This document shows positions 58,911 to 64,000 of a stretch of DNA of 64,000 nucleotides, in pieces. Origin of the DNA: Planktothrix sp. GU0601_MAG3 (GTDB lineage Bacteria > Cyanobacteriota > Cyanobacteriia > Cyanobacteriales > Microcoleaceae); assembly GCA_035193785.1 (NCBI GenBank), contig CP136572.1, forward strand, positions 2,804,578-2,868,577, in the 5' to 3' direction. The number at the start of each line of letters is the position of its first letter. Position 1 is the first letter of the stretch. Both the position numbers and the translations under genes were made by a program. The notes below the pieces were generated by a model, which did not search any database, was not told the origin of the DNA, and saw only the letters and a program-made list of their open reading frames with translations.

Positions 58911-60108
58911 ATGACTACCGTGCTTCAAGCTCGTCCTAAAGGCTTTGTGAATACGCCAGCCATTGAACAACTTACCATTAGAGCCTTGAGGTATCTTCAG
59001 AGTGGCTTTTCTCTACACTTAAGGGGGCCAGCCGGAACCGGAAAAACCACCCTGGCGATGCACTTAGCCGATTTATTAAACCGTCCCATCGTCTTAATTT
59101 TTGGAGATGATGAACTCAAATCCTCCGATTTAATTGGCAACCAACTGGGCTATACTCGCAAGAAAGTCGTTGATAATTTTATTCATAGTGTTGTTAAATT
59201 AGAAGACGAATTACGACAAAATTGGATTGATTCTCGTCTGACCTTGGCGTGTAAAGAAGGCTTTACCCTCGTTTACGATGAGTTTAACCGTTCTCGCCCG
59301 GAAGTTAATAACGTTTTACTTTCTGCCTTAGAAGAAAAATTATTAGTGCTACCGCCCAATAATAGCCGCTCAGAATATATTCGAGTCAATCCCCATTTTA
59401 GAGCAATTTTTACCTCCAACCCCGAGGAATATTGTGGGGTTTATGGGACTCAAGATGCGTTATTAGATCGGTTAATTACTATTGATATGCCCGAAACCTG
59501 ACGACGCAACCCAACAGGAAATTTTAATTCAAAAAATCGGAATTTCCCTCGAAGATGCCCAAAGAATTATTAAAATAGTTAAAATTTATTTAGAAATAAC
59601 CACTCAAAAAAAAGAAATTAAACCCGTTCAAAATGGTAAAACTGCCCGACCCCATATTGACAAAGCCTCGGGATTAAGACCGGGATTGATTATCGCCAAA
59701 ATCTGCCATGAACATGATATTTCCATTGCGGAAAATAATCAAGACTTTATCGAAGTTTGTGCCGATATCTTATTATCGCGTACCGCCCTATCTACAGCAG
59801 AAGCTCAGAATAAATTAGAAAAAGTGATCAAAACCGTATTAACCAATGGTGACATATCAACTAACAGTTTTTTCCCCCCATCAGAAACCCAATTAACCGA
59901 AAATAACTCCTCAGAGATTGAAGAACAAGTTTATCAATATTTACAGAAAACCACCAGCGCCAGGGTTTCAGAAATTGAAGTGGCGTTAGGATTAAATCGA
60001 GTCCAAACCACTAATGTATTGCGCTCCTTATTAAAACAAGGTCATTTGAAACAGCAGGATAATCGCTTCTTTGCGGTGCAGAAACAAGGAGAATTGATTC
60101 AACCATGA
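58911..60108 (+). CDS. gvpN: Gas vesicle AAA+ ATPase GvpN (frameshift near 59496)
   Basis: [28 protein letters not shown]. Confidence 0.93.
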
Positions 60109-60492
60109 ACTCACAGCAACGTCCCTCAAATATACAACGCGGTGTTCCCACATCGACTCAAGGATCGAGTTTAGCCGATATTTTAGAACGGGTTTTAGAT
60201 AAAGGAATTGTCATTGCTGGGGATATTTCCGTTTCCGTGGGTTCCACCGAACTTCTGAATATTAGAATTCGTTTGTTAATTGCTTCCGTCGATAAAGCTA
60301 GGGAAATTGGGATTAATTGGTGGGAAAGTGATCCCTATTTAAGTAGTCAAACCAAAGTTTTAACCGAGAGTAATCAACAATTATTAGAAACAGGTGAAAT
60401 TATTACAGGAGGAAGTCAAAGCCTTAAAAGCATTATTACCCCAAGAAAACCAACCCAACCCAACCCCATCATCCCAATTACCCCAATTGTAG
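60105..60492 (+). CDS. gvpJ: Gas vesicle protein GvpJ (frameshift near 60390; repaired stop TAG 60490-60492)
   Basis: LADILERVLDKGIVIAGDI, GINWWESDP; the repaired frame gives the coiled coil QQLLEQVKLLQEEVKALK. Confidence 0.9.
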
Positions 60493-60665
60493 GGGAAGGT
60501 TCTATAAAAATTTATGATTCCCACAAATTACCCTGATTAACCCGCCCAACCCACCATTAACCTGCAATTAATCGGGGATTTGGGGATAGGATCGGGGTGG
60601 GTTTAGGTAAATTATTTATGGGTATCAAAGATTAATTTGAACCCGCCCCTACGGGTTAACTTTAG
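60468..60665. repeat. Upstream unit (U0) of the REP-doublet array
   Basis: GTAG at 60489 to CTAC at 60652 (164 bp); near-identical to the downstream units. Confidence 0.95.
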
Positions 60666-60700
60666 ATAGAATAGAGATATTGTATTGATTTTATGAAACT

Positions 60701-61255
60701 ATGAAATACAATCGGGATATTCATCATCGCCGTTCTATTCGTCTACAGGGATATGATTATAGTCAACCAGGAGCTTATTTTATAACGCTTTGTATTGATA
60801 AACGGGAATGTTTACTGGGGGATATTCAAGAGCAAACTGTTATTTTAAGCCGTTATGGTGAAGTTGTTGATTTTAATTGGTTTAATCTAACTAAAATTTA
60901 TCCCAGCATTCAATTAGATAGTTTTGTCATTATGCCAAATCATATTCATGGTATTATAATGTTAACGGATTATAGCCATAATTTATCTGAAATTATCAGA
61001 GGTTTGAAAACATTTTCAGCCAGGAGAATTAATCAATTGCGATCGCTTTCAGGAATATCTGTATGGCAAAGGGGATATTATGAACATATTATTCGGAACG
61101 AAACGACATTAACAAAAATTCAGGAATATATTCTGAACAATCCCTATAATTGGCAAACTGACGAAATGCACCCTTCACAAAAATTTCCAATTCCTCAAAA
61201 GTTCAATATTAAATTAAATTATAACATTACATTACCGATAAATTTATCATCCTAA
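60701..61255 (+). CDS. REP-associated tyrosine transposase (RAYT/TnpA-REP, HUH Y1)
   Basis: RRSIRL.GYDYSQPGAYFIT, VIMPNHIHGI (HUH), WQRGYYEHIIR, YILNNP (catalytic Y); flanked by GTAG-footed REPs. Confidence 0.93.
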   Translation: MKYNRDIHHRRSIRLQGYDYSQPGAYFITLCIDKRECLLGDIQEQTVILSRYGEVVDFNWFNLTKIYPSIQLDSFVIMPNHIHGIIMLTDYSHNLSEIIRGLKTFSARRINQLRSLSGISVWQRGYYEHIIRNETTLTKIQEYILNNPYNWQTDEMHPSQKFPIPQKFNIKLNYNITLPINLSS

Positions 61256-62882
61256 TTACCCCAATTGTAGGGGCGGGTTCTGTAAAAATTTCTGATTCCC
61301 ACAAATTACCTTGATTAACTCGCCCAACCCACCATTAACCTGCAATTAATCGGGGATTTGGGGATAGGATCGGGGTGGGTTTAGGTAAATTATTTATGGG
61401 TATCAAAGATTAATTTGAACCCGCCCCTACGGGTTAACTTTAGGATAAATTTATCATCCTAATTACCCCAATTGTAGGGGAAGGTTTCTGTAAAAATTTC
61501 TGATTCCCACAAATTACCTTGATTAACCCGCCCAACCCCACCATTAACCTGCAATTAATCGGGGATTTGGGGATAGGATCGGGCGGGTTTAGGTAAATTA
61601 TTTATGGGTATCAAAGATTAATTTGAACCCGCCCCTACGGGTTAACTTTAGGATAAATTTATCATCCTAATTACCCCAATTGTAGGGGCGGGTTCTGTAA
61701 AAATTTCTGATTCCCACAAATTACCTTGATTAACTCGCCCAACCCACCATTAACCTGCAATTAATCGGGGATTTGGGGATAGGATCGGGGCGGGTTTAGG
61801 TAAATTATTTATGGGTATCAAAGATTGACTTGAACCCGCCCCTACGGGTTAACTTTAGGATAAATTTATCATCCTAATTACCCCAATTGTAGGGGCGGGT
61901 TCTGTAAAAATTTCTGATTCCCACAAATTACCTTGATTAACCCGCCCAACCCCACCATTAACCTGCAATTAATCGGGGATTTGGGGATAGGATCGGGGCG
62001 GGTTTAGGTAAATTATTTATGGGTATCAAAGATTAATTTGAACCCGCCCCTACGGGTTAACTTTAGGATAAATTTATCATCCTAATTACCCCAATTGTAG
62101 GTGCGGGTTCTGTAAAAATTTCTGATTCCCACAAATTACCTTGATTAACTCGCCCAACCCACCATTAACCTGCAATTAATCGGGGATTTAGGGATAGGAT
62201 CGGGCGGGTTTAGGTAAATTATTTATGGGTATCAAATATTAATTTGAACCCGCCCCTACGGGTTAACTTTAGGATAAATTTATCATCCTAATTACCCCAA
62301 TTGTAGGGGAAGGTTCTATAAAAATTTCTGATTCCCACAGATTACCCTGATTAACCCGCCCAACCCCACCATTAACCTGCAATTAATCGGGGATTTGGGG
62401 ATAGGATCGGGGCGGGTTTAGGTAAATTGTTTATGGGTATCAAAGATTGACTTTAACCAGCCCCTACGGGTTAACTTTAGGATAAATTTATCATCCTAAT
62501 TACCCCAATTGTAGGGGCGGGTTCTGTAAAAATTTCTGATTCCCACAAATTACCCTGATTAACCCGCCCAACCCACCATTAACCTGCAATTAATCGGGGA
62601 TTTAGGGATAGGATCGGGGCGGGTTTAGGTAAATTGTTTATGGGTATCAAAGATTGACTTTAACCCGCCCCTACGGGTTAACTTTAGGATAAATTTATCA
62701 TCCTAATTACCCCAATTGTAGGGGAAGGTTTCTATAAAAATTTCTGATTCCCACAAATTACCTTGATTAACTCGCCCAACCCACCATTAACCTGCAATTA
62801 ATCGGGGATTTGGGGATAGGATCGGGGCGGGTTTAGGTAAATTATTTATGGGTATCAAAGATTGACTCGAACCCGCCCCTAC
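61237..62882. repeat. Tandem array of eight ~207-bp REP-doublet (REPIN/BIME-like) units
   Basis: GTAG feet at 61267, 61474, 61682, 61889, 62097, 62303, 62511, 62718 (period 206-208). Confidence 0.97.
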
Positions 62883-62889
62883 AGACCTT

Positions 62890-64000
62890 TTATTCATTCA
62901 TGGTTTTATAAGTAGAAACAGCAGAAGGAGAACTGCGGTTGAGATAACGGAAAATCCAATATTTAAAAACCGCATCTAAAATAACTGGAAAAGTTGCAAT
63001 AAACAAAAAGTTAAATTCCCGATTTTCAGGAAGTCCAAAATGTCGGGCGGTACTTTCTAAAATAACTTCCCAACCGTGGGGCGAGTGAAACCCCACAAAC
63101 ATATCCGTAGATAAGATAATAATAAAAGCCTTCGCGCTATCACTCAATCCATAAATAACATCCCCCATAAATGATTTGAGAGTCTCTACCTCGCTGCGGT
63201 TATAAACTAAAATAAAAGCGAACATAAAAACCGAGATAATATCTGCAAAAACATTCTTGATCGCACCACCACTATCTCCCTTATATTGTTCGGCGATTTC
63301 TTTGGCTTTTTCCTTGAGTTTTTCATCTAATTCCTCTGAAGTTAAAGGAGGAGCTTGACTAATTAAAGTTTTAAATCTAAGACGTTCTTCATAATGTTGT
63401 AATTCGATAAAGGCTTCTTCCTCCATATCAATATTGATAAAAATAGGGGTTTGTTCTTTATTTGTAAATATCCCATCTATAATCGGCCCAACAAGGAAAT
63501 TTTTAGCCAATTGTTGAGTCAGTAAAGGAATTAAAATCAACAACAGAACAAATCGGATAGAAATTAGGGTTTTGGCTTGAGTTTTCTTATAGTTTGCGAT
63601 AATTTCCGACTCCGATCCGGGTCTGAGTTCCTGTTTAATTCGACCTAATGTTCTTAATAAAGAACGGGGTAGAACCCGAGTTGATTTTTTGTTCTTTAAA
63701 CCCGATTTGATCGTTTTTTTTGAACTAGGAGTCCGGTCACTATTCAAAAAATTATTGTTGTCAGGGCCATTATTTAGAGTTGAATTTTGATGATTTTCTG
63801 TGGGGGTTATTAATAGAGATTTTTCGGGAGAATTTAGGGAAAAATCCGAGGATTCTGCGGATTGATAACGAGTAACTACCGCATCAATACAATCGAGTTT
63901 TTCACAAATAGTCTCAACTATTTTTCGGTGAGGTAACGATCCATTCGAGGCAAATTTTTGGTCTAACTCCAGGTTAATCCCAGAGGAAGGATTAATTTGT
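62890..64000 (-). CDS. pxcA: Proton extrusion protein PxcA (CemA); 5' end outside the window
   Basis: GLSDSAKAFIIIL.TD.FVGFHSPHGWE, ATFPVILD, YWIFRYLNR.SPSAV. Confidence 0.92.
   Translation of the reverse strand, partial: QINPSSGINLELDQKFASNGSLPHRKIVETICEKLDCIDAVVTRYQSAESSDFSLNSPEKSLLITPTENHQNSTLNNGPDNNNFLNSDRTPSSKKTIKSGLKNKKSTRVLPRSLLRTLGRIKQELRPGSESEIIANYKKTQAKTLISIRFVLLLILIPLLTQQLAKNFLVGPIIDGIFTNKEQTPIFINIDMEEEAFIELQHYEERLRFKTLISQAPPLTSEELDEKLKEKAKEIAEQYKGDSGGAIKNVFADIISVFMFAFILVYNRSEVETLKSFMGDVIYGLSDSAKAFIIILSTDMFVGFHSPHGWEVILESTARHFGLPENREFNFLFIATFPVILDAVFKYWIFRYLNRSSPSAVSTYKTMNE

Noticed and set aside
1498..60492. Mass pseudogenisation or programmed frameshifting
   Set aside because: Core genes are hit by single homopolymer indels with no other decay; sequencing error is the simpler explanation.
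61237..62882. CRISPR array
   Set aside because: The 36-37-nt inserts have spacer-like length but are the same two sequences in every unit. The period is ~207 bp and there are no cas genes.
1..64000. tRNA, rRNA, prophage or integron
   Set aside because: I recognised no cloverleaf, rRNA signature, phage gene or integrase by eye; a tRNAscan/Infernal run would be needed to exclude them.

Overview
AT-rich chromosomal window from a filamentous cyanobacterium, most likely Planktothrix or a close relative. This rests on a Planktothrix-type GvpC, abundant HIP1 octamers (GCGATCGC) and heptamer tandem repeats. Most of the window is housekeeping: recO, deoC, a CGATCG-type C5 methyltransferase, pyrC, ctaCDE/ctaAB, bciB, argZ, gltD, cruE plus a Rieske oxygenase, ubiX, ndhD, rbgA, pgk, FTR1/ferritin, curT, rpaA, gvpACNJ and pxcA. 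About 20 genes are split by single-base indels in homopolymers, which look like sequencing errors, so I give repaired coordinates. The stand-out structure is at 60468-62882: a REP-associated tyrosine (HUH/Y1) transposase gene embedded in a nine-unit tandem array of ~207-bp elements. Each unit is two inverted GTAG-footed REP hairpins with 36-37-nt loops plus a 43-nt linker. The transposase cassette sits exactly inside one linker, so the other linkers look like its empty site. A solo REP of the same family lies 50 kb away at 10515. Other notable items are a tnpB-only IS200/IS605 element, a second Y1 transposase with its own double-hairpin repeat, and a glutamine riboswitch upstream of an uncharacterised small membrane protein. 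There is also a toxin-antitoxin debris island with a probable antitoxin-HEPN fusion, and a winged-helix tail shared by GvpC and GvpN. All calls come from reading the sequence; no database searches were run.
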